A stretch of DNA of 64,000 nucleotides, taken from positions 26,352,001 to 26,416,000 of the forward strand of contig CM052817.1 of NCBI GenBank assembly GCA_028534125.1, in the 5' to 3' direction. The DNA is from Lama glama. Its lineage: Eukaryota. Below the pieces are notes generated by a model that was not told the origin of the DNA, made no database searches, and saw only the letters and a list, made by a program, of their open reading frames with translations. This document shows positions 26,971 to 40,371 of this stretch, piece by piece; within the stretch, counting starts at the first letter, position 1, and each line of letters starts with the position of its first letter. The position numbers and the translations under genes were made by a program.

Positions 26971-28199
26971 AAGAGGGTGTTTGGTTTGGCTTGCGATAGC
27001 TTTCTGTTCCTGGTTCTCTGTTTCTGTCTGTTTCTGTTCCTGGCTTTGGTTCAAACCAATGGGTTCATGAGATTCTTAAGTAAGACAAGAAAATGTAATA
27101 AAGACTCTTGTACTTCTCAAATTGTGTCTTTGTTTGTCTTGTGTGGGGGCTAGTGGGTAATGTAGAACCAAAGTTGATCAGTTTTTCAAGCATTTAGGGC
27201 ACTGCGGTTGAAACTGTCTAACAGCCCTATTGCATAAGGCTCAGAGTTCTGACGGATGACGTTGGAGCCTCAGGGGCTTGAAGTCAACAGCAGCTTTTCC
27301 AAGGGCCCCCACCTTCTTGCCTCATTGACTCTATTCAGAAGCAGCCAGGACTTCGTGTCTGCAGCTGCTGGGGTAGAAGTGTAGCTTCTTTGATTGGCTG
27401 AGGGTCTGGCCCTAGGAAACTGTGAGCCCTCTGTTCTTGGCTATTTCCAAGATCTTTCCCCACTTGTTTCCTATTGCACAGTGATTCAGATCACTCTTGA
27501 GGTAGGTCAACATTGTCCCCATCATCTGTCTCTTTCTGGGTGGTACCACTTTGAGATCATGGTACTACTAATTCTTATGTCTTTCTTCCCTAAGCCATCA
27601 GACACAGGTTTATCAAAACATCTACCTTCTGTTTTTCACTTCCTACTGACAATACTAAATACTAACAAGGCGGGGCTCTGAGGCTGCCTGTTTTGGGATT
27701 TACGTGATTGATTGATATTTCTACTGGCATTTAGTTTTAGTTTCCCACAACAGAAACACACAAGCATCTTTCATTCTCTTCTCAATCCCCCTTTCAATTT
27801 AACAAGCTCCTCTCAAGGCAGGTTCTTAATGAGCCCTTGGTGTGCAGAAAAGACTGTAATGTTATTAATTTAAATTCCAGCAAGTGATATGTGGTAATTT
27901 ATTTAACCATTCTCCTCTTGTTGGACATTTAGATTGTTTCCAATATTTGATTTTATGATTAATTACTATAAGGCATATCTTTATGCATGAAAGTTTTTCT
28001 GTATTTAAGAAAATAATTCCTCCCTGATTTTCCAGAGTTTTCAACACCACCAGCATGTAAATATGTTTTGCATATTTATATTGTTTACTACTGAGCCTGT
28101 AAGTATAGAATAATAACATTAACTGTCCCCACTAGCCCCCTTTTCCCCCTCTCTGCTTAGTTTTCTTTGAACCTCTAAGTTCAAAGAAAATTCTCCCAC

Positions 28200-29950
28200 A
28201 TCTCCCTCTGTAAAATGCCTGTGAATTCCATTTTTCACATTATCATTGCCATTTTCTTCCCACATAGACCTATCTTCTAGAGGTGTCTGTCTTCAGACTC
28301 AGACCTGTACTGATTTCTTTCTAGACCTATCACATAGAAGTTTTGTGGATCTGATGACCTACACTTTCTTGGTTTATTCTCTTATTTTGCTGGAGTGCAT
28401 CCTCCAAAAGCATCCTGACAAAGGGTTGCAAAGAAGATAAGCATTTTGATACTATCCATGTCTAAATATATCTAACTTAAAAATCGTTTCCAATTTAGAA
28501 TTTTGAGGTCAGTGATCCATTGTCTTCTTTCTTTTCTCCCTTCCTTCCTCCCTTCTTTTCTTTCTTTTTTTCTTTCTTTGAAGGCTTCTATAATCATCTT
28601 TCTTATGTTCTGAAATTTCAAGTTATGTCTTTGTGTTGCTGTTTTAAAATGTATTATATCTGGCACTCAGTATGCTCTTTTTTTTAAAAAAATTGAGATA
28701 CAATTGACACATGACATTATATTAGTTATATTAGGTATACAGCATAATGATTTCATATTTGTATATTTAATATGCCCTTTTAAACTGGAGACTTGGCCTT
28801 TATTTCTGGGAAATGTTTTTGTGCTATTTCCTTGATAATTTTTTACCCACTGTTTTCTCTTTTGGAAACTCTTTTAGTTAGATGTTGAACCTCTAGTTTA
28901 ATCCTTTAATTTTCTTATCTTTTTTACTTCGTCCTCGTTTTTAATTTCTAAAAGCACATTTTGTTCTCTTTTTCTCCCTTCTCCCTTTCATTTTCCTCCC
29001 TCTCTCCTATTTCTTCCTTCTTTCCTGAGAGACTTTCATGGTTCTAAAATCTTATCTCCCTGAGAATATCAATTTACTTTTTGAAATGTTCTTCTACCAT
29101 CTGCATTCTCTGTTTTCTCTTCTCCCGGGTTCTTCCCCCGCCCTGGGTTTATTTGTTTTGGTCTCTGTCTTTACGGTTAGAACCTTTCCTCAAAGATCTG
29201 ATGATCCTTGGATGTTTGTTCAGATTTTTAAACGAATGGCTGCAAGCCTGATTGGAAGCTCTGTGTGAGTAGGCAGGTCTTGTCAGCTTGTGGGCTTATT
29301 TTTAAAGAGGGTAGTCTGCCGGCTTGCGGGTGTGGGTGTGGGTGTGGTTCTCCCAAATGTCAGTGTGTGTAGGTATTTTCTCTGTAGCAATTTAGTTTAT
29401 TAAGAGAAAGAGCCTCAAATCTGCTTTTGGGGAGGATAAACCTGGCAGTTGGCGCTGCAGCATAGGGTGAGGTAAGGGGACTGAGGCATCTCAGTTCGGT
29501 CCGCAGACTTTCATTAAATCCTCATGCCTGCCCTCCTCCTGCTGGTTGCTGCCCAGAAGCCTGTCTCCAGATAAAGCACTGACGGAGTGGGGGAGGGGTG
29601 AATGCATGACTGATGGGAGTGGGGGAGGGGCTTGTAGCTCCAACTGCTGCTTTGCCCGTCTTTTCAGACACCCAGCATTGCTTTCAGTGCCTCATTCTTA
29701 CCACTGCCTTCCCGGGTACTACACGCTTCAATCCTAAGGCTTCCTAGGGGGAGTTGCTTCTTAAGGATGTTCTCCAACAAACTCTGATCTTCCTCTTTTC
29801 TGCTAACCCTCCATCTGCTTTTTGTCTTCATATATTGGGATTTGGGGGTACAGATATTTCCTAGTTTTATTAAAGATGGGATTTGTGTTTTTGTTTCTTG
29901 TTCTGATTGTGTTTGGAGGAAATTTTCAAAAGAAGAGTTTAGAAAGGTCA
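28200..29950 (-). mobile_element. Decayed old L1 5'/ORF1 region (L1ME-like)
   Basis: ttctgggaaatgtttttgtgctatttccttgataatt (antisense of IIKEI..ENFPE); tttcctcaaagatctgatgatccttgg. Confidence 0.5.
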
Positions 29951-29967
29951 ATGATCAGCCATCTTAA

Positions 29968-30095
29968 ACTCTTTTTGGGGGGGGGTTGGTAATTAGGTAT
30001 TTATTTTAATTTTTTTAATGGAGGTACTGGGGATTGAACCCAGGGCATCGTGCATGCCAAACACATGCTCTACCACTGAGCTATACCCCCACCCC
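29968..30095 (-). mobile_element. Camelid-type tRNA SINE
   Basis: ggaggtactggggattgaacccagg...ctctaccactgagctata; 19-bp TSD caatgatcag(c/a)catcttaa at 29949-29967 / 30096-30114. Confidence 0.92.
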
Positions 30096-30234
30096 CAATG
30101 ATCAGACATCTTAATCTTGGAAATTGTGGAGGTGATTTCCACACTTATTTAAATCATCACTATCCAAACTTTCTTGAAAAAAAAAATCAATAGTATTCAG
30201 AAAGCAGTTTTCTTTGCATGTACTCTGCTCAATG

Positions 30235-30463
30235 GCAGTGCCAAGCAGTGCTATGCCTAGCTATACTGGAGCCTGAGACAAAAGAGAAAATTACTAATAC
30301 TGATCCTATTTTTAAATTCCTGATATTTTTATAGGGTTTTTGCACCAATTTTGAGTTTTAAATATATTGTATTAAATATTATTTGTCTTGATTACTGAAT
30401 TTTTTTGGCACCCCTTAAATATTACCCCCTGGTTGAGTGACTTCATCTTAATCCTGGCCCTGG
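30235..30463. mobile_element. hAT-Tip100 MITE (Arthur1-like)
   Basis: cagtgccaagc...ggagcctgag...tcttgattactgaattttttggcaccccttaaat...ggccctg. Confidence 0.6.
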
Positions 30464-31009
30464 GGGGTGTCACATTCTTCATCAGCTACCCTCACCTCCA
30501 TAAGCCACTACAAATAAACATATAATGTAAGTAAAAGTAGTCTGTGTGTGCTATGCACACTTTCAGCTTCAGGACAAATCCCACAGTCGCCGTTTCAATC
30601 AGTTTACCTACAAGAGCACCTACGTAGGTGTTTCTGAGTCCTCTCCTCTGTTCATAGTAGAGTTGGTTTCTTTCTAGGGAATAGAGGACTGGGTCAAAGT
30701 GACTTTCTTGAACTACTATTACTTGTCTGTGTCCAGGTAATTATGGAAATTGAGAACAAGCATTTAGAAACTTTTATAGTAATTTGACAGAATAATTTAT
30801 GTTTGTTGAATTTAATAATAAAAATGTCAACTTATATTTTTGATGTCTTTGTTCTTCTTAAATTAATTTTCTAGGAATTAATTTTTATCATATTTTACAG
30901 AAGTATTAGTTGGTGATGGATTGGGAAGAAAAAACTAGGCTTTCCTCATAGGTAATTTGAAAAATCTAAGTCTGGAGAGCATTCTTGGGATTTAACAAAG
31001 AGTCAAAGT

Positions 31010-32375
31010 TTTCATGATATTGGACTTGGCAATGGTCTCTTGGATATAACATCAAAAGCATATGCAACAAAGGCAAAAGTAGACAAATGGAACTACTTCA
31101 AACTAAAACTTTTGTGCATCAGAGGACACAGTCAATGGAATAAAAAAGCAACCTACCAAATGGGAGATTATTTTTGTAAATCATTTATCTGACAAGGGGT
31201 AAATATCTAGAATATATAAAGAACTCCTATATCTCAAAAATCAAATAACTCAGTTAAAAAGTGGGCAAAGAATTTGAATAGACATTTCTCCAAAGGTGAT
31301 GTACAAATAAGCAACACACATAAGAAAAGATTCTCAACACCTGTATTCATCAGGAAAATGCAAATCAAAACCACAATGAGATATCATCTCACATCCATTA
31401 GAATGGTCACTATCAAAAAGAAAAAAAAAAGGAAAATAACAAATGTTGGGGAAGATGTGAAGAAATTGGAGCCCTTGTGTGCTATTGGTGGAAATGTAAA
31501 ATGGTGCAACTGCTATGGAAAACATAATGGCAGCTTTTTAAAAAATTAAAAATAGAACTGCTGTATAATCCAGCAATCCTACTTCTGGGTATATACTGAA
31601 AAGAACTGAAAACAAGATATCAAAGAGATATTTGCACACCCACATTCATTCAGCACTAGTCACAATATCCAAGAGGTGGAAGCAAACTAAATGCTCATTG
31701 ACAGATGAAAGGCTAAACAAAATGTAGTGTATATACAGAATACAATACTATTCAGCCTTAAAAAGTAAGAAAATCGTGTCATATGCTACAGCATGGGTGA
31801 ATCTTAAGGACATTATGCTAAGTGAAATATGCCAGTCACAAAAAACTGGGGTTGGGGGAAGGGATAAATTAAGAGTTTGGGATTGACAGATACACATCAC
31901 TATTAAAAAAATAGATAAACAACAAGGAACTACTGCATAGTACAGGGAACTATGTTCAATTTCTTGTTATAAGCTGTAATGGAAAAGAACTTGAAAAAAA
32001 TGCATATATATGTATAACTGAATCACTTTGCTGTACACCTGAACCTAACATTGTAACTCAACTACACTTCAATAAAAAAATTAAAAAAAAACACAAAAAG
32101 CCATATATTGTATGATTCCACTTATATGAAGTATCTAAAGTGGTCAAATTCATAGAAACAAAAGGTAAAATGGTGATTACTAGAGGCAGAGGGCAGGGGA
32201 AAGGGGAGCTGTTGTTTAATGGGAAAAGAATTTCAGATTTGCAAGATGAGAAAGTTCTAGGGATCTGTTTCACAGCAATGTGAGTAAACATACTACTGAA
32301 CTGCACTCTTAAAAATGGGTAAGATGGTGAATTTTATGTTATGTGCTTTTTTTTTAACCACAATTTCAAAAAGAG
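31010..32375 (+). mobile_element. L1 ORF2 end plus 3' UTR, with a younger L1 3' end nested at about 31847-32090
   Basis: ORF 31274 [21 protein letters not shown]; the host sequence gccagtcacaaaaa|gccatatattg is split by the nested piece with cacaaaaa duplicated. Confidence 0.88.
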
Positions 32376-32420
32376 AGAGAAAAAAAAAACTAAGGGAAGT
32401 TGGCTTGTCTCTTATCTCCT

Positions 32421-33005
32421 CTGTATTAGTTTTTTTTGCTGCATAAAAAATTATCGCAGACTTATAGTTTAAAACAACATGCATGGGTCAGGAGTCTTGT
32501 CTGGGTTAGCTGGGTCCTTTGGTCAGGGTCTTGCCAGGCTGAAATCAAGGTGTTGACCATGGCTACAATCTCATCTGAAGCTCAGGGTCCCCTTTCAAGC
32601 TCATTGTGAATGTTGGTAGAATTTAATTCCTTATGGTTATGTAATTGAGGTTCCTGTTTCTTGCTAGCTGTTTGCTGAAGACTGCTCTCACCTCCTAGAG
32701 GCTGCCCTCAGATCCTTGCCACATGGCACCTTATCACAACATAACAGTTTGCTTCATCTTTAAGGCCATCAGGAAATCATCTCTCTGACAGTTCACCTAC
32801 TTTTAAAGAGCTCACCTGATTAGGGCAGGTCCACTAAAGATAATCTCCTTTTTGATTAACCCAAGGTCCACTGATTAGTAATCTAATCATGGGGCCAATA
32901 CTCGATCATATTCACTTGGTCTCACTCAAAGAGAGGTATTTATACACAAGATATATACACTAGAGGGCAGGAATCATTGGCGTCATCTTAGAATTCTGCT
33001 ATCAA
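32421..33005. mobile_element. MaLR LTR (MLT1E/F-like)
   Basis: tgtattagtttt...tttaaaacaac...gagctcacctgattagggcaggtccac...catcttagaattctgc. Confidence 0.7.
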
Positions 33006-33744
33006 ACCTTCCCCCCTTTGTTGAAAGTCATGAAATACCTCGCAGGACTTGTGGGATAAGACAGCCTTAAATGGGGAAGAAAACGCTATGGTGATTTTTT
33101 TTTTGTAGCAAAGAACTTTTTTTGTTACTTTTTTTGAGGTATAGTTAATTTATAGTATTATATGTTTCATATGTACAATATAGTGATTCAAAATTTTTAC
33201 AGATTATATTCAATTTATGCTTATTATAAAATATTGTCTATATTCCCTGTGCTGTAGCAAGTAACTTCTTGCATAGTAACATGACATTATGTTTTCTGTT
33301 GACTCAAAACAATGATATATATTTATATTCTTTTCAGATCATATTTCTTTTATTTCCAGAAGTCATAAATTTATATATTTTAAGCTTTGTTTAAAGTACT
33401 AACTGTATGAGGAAAATCCATCTCCAATGTTTATATTATAGTTACCATGAGCCCTGAGAAATGTTACTTCTTCAGTACGATGGAAATAATACTAAACTAA
33501 GGATGTGACTAGATTGGGAACTTTTAAAACCATTTTTTTGCATCAGAAATTTTATAAGTGGACAAAGAAGTAAAAATCTAATGCTACAAAAGGCAATATT
33601 GTAAATCAAAGTATGTATACCTTTTATGGCACACATGTAATTTCACATGTATTTAAGAGAAACCTATAAAATAATAATAATAGTAATAATCAGGCAACAT
33701 AATAATCTATGGAAAGTATTGGCTTTTTAAGAAAAAACAAACGA

Positions 33745-34462
33745 ATATTTTTTGAGATATCATTCACATACCATAAAATTCACCCATTTCAAATGTACAG
33801 TGGTTTTAGTATATTCACAGAGTTGTGCAACCATCACTATAATCTAAGTTAGGAATATTTTCATGGTCTTAAAAAGAAACTCCTTACATAGTGGCAGTCA
33901 CAATCCCTATTCCACCTGCTCTAATCCTAACTGACTAATCTACATTCCGTTTCTACAGGCTTGCTTATTCTAAACTTTATATATATATATATATATATAT
34001 ATACATGGAATTATATAACATGTGTCTGACTTCTGTGTCTGGCTTCTGTTACTTAGCATAATATTTTCAAGGTTCATCTATGTTATGGCACAAATTGATA
34101 TTTCTTCTTACAGACGAATTTTGTGGTTCCATTGTATGGCTGTACCACATTTTATCTAGCCATTCATCAATTGTTGGACATTGGGCTGTTTCCACTTTTT
34201 GTCTGAGTAATGCTGCTATGAATGTTCATATATACATTTTTGAGAGGATAAATTGTGTTTTCATTTCTCTTATGTATATATCTGAAAGTGGAATAGCTGT
34301 ATCATTTGGTAACTCTATGTTTAATTTTTGAGGAACTGCCTGACTACTTTCCAAAGCAGCTGCACTCCCAATGGCAATGTATGATGGTTCCAATTTCTCT
34401 ATATCCTTGTCAACACTTGTTATTGTTCATCTTTTTTATTATAGTCATCTCAGTGGGTGTGA
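33745..34462 (-). mobile_element. Old L1 3' fragment with a (ta)n at 33978-34002
   Basis: ttgagatatcattcacataccataaaattcaccc...aactctatgtttaatttttgaggaactgcc. Confidence 0.8.
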
Positions 34463-35478
34463 AGATTACTGACTTTTAAGTTAATTAGAATCATATGCCT
34501 AATCCAAATATGACCAACTCACTTCCATTCAATGGTCCCAATTTTGTTTTTCAGACTGCATTCCAAAGGTGGACTATAGCACAGGACACCTTCCATGTTG
34601 CTATCTCTGGCCTCTTTTTCTGCCAGTTCTGTTCCCTGCACTTTATACTCTGAATTGTATGAAGTTTTCTGCATGCACTTCGCTACCTCTAACCTCTGAA
34701 ACTTTCTTTCTGCTTTTCTCTCTGCCTAGATATCCCCCCCCATCTTTTTGCCTAATTTTTACTCATGCTCTAAGACCCAGGAATTCATTTCTCATATTGC
34801 TCTTCTCTAAATTCCCAGGTATTACTACTTTTTTCTGCTAGGTATTACCTTATGAATACTACAACTGTTTGAGACAGGAAATATTATCCTAATTTTATAC
34901 ATAAGGAAACTGCCCCTTAGAGAGAATGAGAGACGGAGACATTAGTAACTTGCCAAAAGTCACACCATAAGGGAGTGGCACAGATTGAATTAAATGCTTT
35001 TCCTCTGTGCTTTCATGGTAGTCTCTGCACACATGGGTTCTTTATCTCATTACATTTATTTAGCTCCTTATATCTCCCCATTCAATCATTCATTCATTTA
35101 ACCATTAATTCCCCAAATACTTATTTATAGTTTACCATATGTCGGGCACTGTGGCAGGTGCTAGGGACACGATGCTGACAAGACAGATCCTATATGGGAC
35201 CTCACTGAACTTAAGAGTCTATTGGGGTGTACAAATGACTCAATTAATGGATATGTGATGTGGTAGCAAGTAGCAGGGGGATTGAATCAATAGTTAAAGA
35301 AACCTGGGGAAAAAATGACTTTGAAACTGATAAATATAAGAATGACTAGGGGTTAATGAGGTAAATACCTCATTATGGTGTTTGGCTTGGAAATGACAGG
35401 TAGCATGTCATACTGTATGTTCTTTCTTTTCTCTCTTTTTTAAGCCCCCAAATTTAGTGGCTTAAGAAACAAATATTT

Positions 35479-36915
35479 GCTTTTTCAGTGCCATCTGCTG
35501 ATGGTGCTGCCTCCCGCTCCCCTCCGCTGCCTCCCTGAGTCACTGCTTGTGCAGCTCTGGCCACCTGGCTCCCCATGCTAGCCACCAATATTTGAAGTCC
35601 TCACAACAATGTAGACATTGACAACAAAGAACAGTCTGAACTTGATCAACATTTGGCTGATGTTGAAAAAGTAGAAAAAGAAACAAAAATTGAAGCATGC
35701 CAGCTGACTGTTCAAATGCAGCAAAATCCTCAGATTCTTGCAGTCCTTCAAGAAAGACCTGATGGTCTGGTAGAAACATCAACAGGATACATTGAAAGCT
35801 TGCCTAGGGTAGTTATAAGATGAGCAGTGCTCTTGAAAACCTTCAAGTTAAATGTACACAGACAACAGCCAAATTCTATGAGGAAGTTCATGATCTTGAA
35901 AGAAAGTATGCTTCTCTCTCAGCCTCTCTATTTATAAGCGATTTAAGATCATCAATGCAATTTATGAAACTATAGAAGAAGAATGTGAATGGAAACCAGA
36001 ATAGGAAGGTGAAATTTTGGAGGAGTTGAAAAAAAAGGCCAACATTGAAGATGAGGAAAAAGATAAAAAGAAAGAAGACCACAAGGAAATTCCTGAATTT
36101 TGGTTGACTGTTTTTAAGAATGTTGACTTACTTAGTGGTATGTTTTAGGAACATGATAAACTTATTATGAAGCATTTAAAAGATATTAAAGGGAAGTTTT
36201 TAGCTGCAGGCCAGCCTATGAGTTTTGAATTTCACTTTGAACCCAGTGAATATTTCACAAATGAAGTGTTGACAAAGACATATAGGATGGAGTCAGAACC
36301 AGATGATTCTGATCTCTTTTCTTTTGATGGCCCAAAAATCATGGGTTGTAAAGGTGCCAGATAGATTGAAAAAAAAAGGGTACAGATTGTCACTTTGAGA
36401 ACCATTAAGAAGCAGAAACATAAGGGGCTTGGGACAGTTCATACTGTGACCAAAACAGTTTCTAATGACACTTGCTTAAATTTTTTTGCCCTCTGCATGT
36501 TGCTGCTGAAGTTATCCTTGCTGCAGACTTTGAAAGTGGTCACTTTTTATATGATTGTATCGTCCCCAGATCAGTGTCATACTTAACTGGAGAAGCTACT
36601 GAAGAAGAAGACAATGATGATGATGAAGAAGGTGAAGAGGAGGATGAGGAAGGGGAAGAAGAAGGAGATAAGGAAAATAATCCAGATTGTAACTCTAAGA
36701 AGAAATTAAACCCAAGAGGGCAAGCAGCAGTGAAGCAGGATGTATGTGGCCTTGAGGATAACCTCCACAGGTCTTCCATCTGCTTCCCCGGAAAAGAACA
36801 ATTTCCATAATTTGACAAGCCTATTTCAAGTTTTTGTTGTTGTTGTTTATTTGTTTGGTGTTTTTGTTTGATTTTTGTGGGGTCTTTTTTAGCCTAAAAT
36901 AAAAATGTCAAATCA
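35479..36915 (+). pseudogene. NAP1L1: Processed pseudogene of nucleosome assembly protein 1-like 1, including 5' UTR, CDS (about 35609-36733) and 3' UTR
   Basis: Intronless DIDNKEQSELDQ..QNPQILA.LQERPDGLVETSTGYIESLPRVV, KHLKDIK..FEFHFEPSEYFTNEVLTKTYRM.SEPDDSD, acidic tail and KQQ*; many stops and frameshifts; aataaa at about 36898. Confidence 0.95.
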
Positions 36916-36929
36916 CCAAAAATTTTTAA

Positions 36930-37362
36930 ATTATCTCATATTTTCTGTGGTCAGGAATTTGGAAGTGACTTAATGGGTAATTGTGGCTCAAAATCTCTCA
37001 TGAGTTTGCCATCAAGACCGTAGCTGGGACTGTAGTCATCTGGATGCCTGACAAAGTTTGGAGGATCTGCTTCCAAGATGGCTCACATGGCTGGTGGAAG
37101 AGGCCTGAGTTCCCAACCACATGAGTCTCTCTACAGGGCTGCTTGAGTATCTTTGAAATATGGCAGCTTCCCCAACAGACATCAAGTCCACAGTGCCTTT
37201 TATGACCTTGTCTTAGAAGTCATACAACATCACTTCTACCACATTCTATTCATTAGAAGTGAGTCACTAAATCTACCCCATACTTAAGGGGAGAAGTATG
37301 CTTCAATTTCTTGAAAGAAGGAGTGTCAAAGATCTTGTAAACATATTTTAAAACCACCACAC
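36930..37362. mobile_element. MaLR LTR (MLT1F/G-like); its start lies at about 35440-35478, on the other side of the NAP1L1 retrocopy
   Basis: ccccaaatttagtggcttaagaaac (35445) continues as ttatctcatattttctgtggtcaggaattt (36931) and ends tttaaaaccaccaca. Confidence 0.75.
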
Positions 37363-37554
37363 ATCTTCAGGGAAATGACAACAATAACAACAACAAAGTT
37401 CAGCATGGCTAGAATTAGAGTAAAGGAGGATGAAGAGAAGACTGGTGAGTGATGACACTGGAAAAATTAGCTGGAGCCAGAGTCCTTATTGCCCTATTAA
37501 TCTTAGTGATTTAGCTTTTATTTTAAGAGCAGGGGAAACTATTGAAAAGTTTTC

Positions 37555-39066
37555 TTTTTTTAAAGCTCTAGTGAAATATAATTCATAAACCAAGCAATTC
37601 ATCCATTTAAAGTGTTCAATTCAATGGCTTTTAGTATATTCACAAAATTGTGCATTTATCTCTACAATCAATTTTAGGACATTTACCCCCAAAGAAGTAA
37701 CTTTAGTTGTTACTCCTTATCCCCCATTCCTAGGCAACCACTAATCTACTTTTTATCTCTATCCATTTGCCTATTGTGGGCCTTTCATATAAATGGAATC
37801 ATACAATATGTGATCCTTTGTGACTGGCTTCTTGCATTTACCATGTTTTCAAGTTTCATCTATGTTGCAGTATGGATAAATACTTCATTTTTTTTAATGG
37901 ATGAAGAATATTCTATTGCATGGATATATCACATTTCATTTATTAGTTGATTGACATTTGGGTTATTTCTATTTTTTGCCTATTATGAATAATGTGGCTA
38001 CAAACATTCAAGTACAAGATTTTGCATGGACATGTTTTTATTTCTCTTGGGTATATACCTAGAAGTGGAATTTCTGGATCATGTAATAACTATATGTTTA
38101 ACTTTTTGAGGAACTGCTACCCTGTGTCCCATTTGCCTGCACCATTTTACATTCCTCCTAGCAATATATGAGAGTTCTAATTTCTTCACATCTTTGCCAA
38201 TACATGTTATTGTCCATTGTTTTTTGGATAACAGCCATCCTAGTGGGTATGATAAGGCATTTCATTGTGTTTTTAATTTGCATTTCTGTTTTGAAATGTA
38301 GGTTTTGTTATTATTCAGGAATGGCAAGGTCAACAGATTGAAAAGCGATTGAAAAGATAGCTGTTATGCCATTGCAGAGGGAGCCACAAGGGGAAGTACC
38401 AAGTTCAGTCTGGAGGGGAGAGGAATGTAGTCAAGAGTTTTTATTGTGGTTTCTGTGGGAAGGAACAGGTAGGGCAGAGTAAGCAGGTTTAAGATTGGCC
38501 AGGTTGAATAATTTCCATAGCCCAGGGACATAGGGGCTGCTCCCACTGGTCTGTTATCTGGCCCTTGGGGCTTAGGTACAGAAATAGTGGCCTGGAGTGA
38601 AAGAATCTGATAAAGGAGGTGATTGACTGGTATGGACTCTGGATTGGTTGGTTTGCATATGAAAGGCATGCCTGAAGGCAAGTCTTTTACTGTCTATAAA
38701 AATTGGCTAACCCTGGGAAAGGAAAGTGCTTCAGGGTTAGCAAGGCCCCCAGATATCAAAGTGTCAGAAATACAGGATTAATACAATTCTCCTGATAGTT
38801 AATAATGTGGAATATCTTTTCATATGCTTATTGGCCATTTGTATATCTTTGGAGAAGTGTCTGCTCAGATCCTTTGCCCATTTTTAAATTAGGTTGTCTT
38901 TTTATTATTGAGTTGCAATTGTTCTTTATACATTCTAGCTAATCATATATTTAACATATTTTACAAATCATATGTATCAAATATATGATTTGCAAAATAT
39001 GTCTCCTAGTCTGTGGGGTTTTTTTTTTTCCTTCACTTTCTTGATGTTGTCTTTTGGAGCACAAAA
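37555..39066 (-). mobile_element. Old L1 (L1MB-like) 3' part, interrupted by an LTR
   Basis: Antisense L1 3' UTR/ORF2; ttgcatttc (38286) resumes as cctgatagttaataatgtgg (38791). Confidence 0.85.
38287..38785 (-). mobile_element. ERVL solo LTR (MER74-like) nested in L1
   Basis: Minus strand reads tgtattaatc...ggggccttgctaaccctg...ctttcatatgcaaaccaaccaatccagag...caaaaca. Confidence 0.75.
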
Positions 39067-39746
39067 GGGAAACTTTAAAGGAAAGTGACTTAACTAGACT
39101 TATATTTTATAAAGAATACTCTGTTGGCAGTATAGTTAATTGTGTGTGCGTGAGCAAGGCTGGGGAAGTAAAACCAGTGAGGAGTCAGTTGCAGTGATCT
39201 AAGAAAGAGATAAAGATGCCTGGAATAGAGCAGTAGTGCAAGAACGGAGAGAAATGGGGCTTAGTAGGAGCTGGAATGTCTGAGATTTGGAAATTTATTG
39301 CTTATTGCTGAGAAGTACAGAGTGTAATAAAGACAGAAAAATCATGAATGAAGGCCAGGTATTTGGAAACTTCAGGACACACTGTAACTATAATTAAAAG
39401 GACACTAGAGATGAATTTTCTTCATTAGTTAGTACTTTAAACAAAATTTAAATATATAAAATTCTAACTTTTGGAGCTAAAAGGAATGCAATCTAAATGA
39501 AATATAACTATTTAAATATTCAATATTTAATTTTTTTATTGAGAGAGACTGACAGATGATATTGGGATATAAGGAGTTCATTGCTACAAAAAGTTCTGTA
39601 AAGTTTTTAGACAAATATGAATTAAATGTTAGAAAATGTGTTGTTTTTAACAATGTGTCACATTTCAGAGTTACTGAACAAAGTATGAAACAAGGTATGA
39701 AAAAGGATTCATTCTTTTATATCTGAAGTCTTAGATTAAGTTAAGC

Positions 39747-40371
39747 TGATACAGGAAAATAAGTGGGGTGTGAGAGGATGGCTGTGTCCCAGGTCTTAGA
39801 TGGGGATCTGCCAAGTGAGGGTCCCTGGCTTTGAGCAGGAAAGAATTCAAGTGCAAGCCATAGTTGAGTAAAAGTAGATTTATTTAGAGAGGTGCACACT
39901 CCATAAACAGAGTGCAGGCCATCTCAGAAGGCAAGAGGAAGGCCAAGAGGTGCGGGGTTGGGTGTTTCAAGTGAAAGTAGATACACATTCCATAGACAGA
40001 ATGCAGGCCATCTTGGAAGGTGAAGGAGCAAGAGAGACCTGAGGTACAGTGTTGCTAGTTCTTATATGCTACCAAGTATGAGGATTAGCCCAACTACTTT
40101 GGGGAAGGGGGTGGGGAGTCCCAGGAACTGGGCCACCACCCTCTTTTTGACCTTTTATGTTAGCCTCAGGTGTTATGGCACATGTGGGGGTGTCATTTAT
40201 CATGTTAATATATTACAATGTGTATAATGAAGCTCAAGGGCCACTGGAGGTGGAATCTCCCGCCATCTTGGGCCTCCAGGTCTACTGGTAGTTGAACCTT
40301 CCACCATCTTGGTGCTAATTGCTGTATCATTCCTTCAATGGCTATACTCTGCCCTCTTCCCTCCTGTCTCA
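39747..40371 (-). mobile_element. ERV1-type solo LTR, family A copy 3 (more divergent)
   Basis: tgatacagg...cctgtctca; TSD aagc/aagg; shares aggaaagaattcaagtg and gtagatttatttagaga with copies 1 and 2. Confidence 0.85.
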
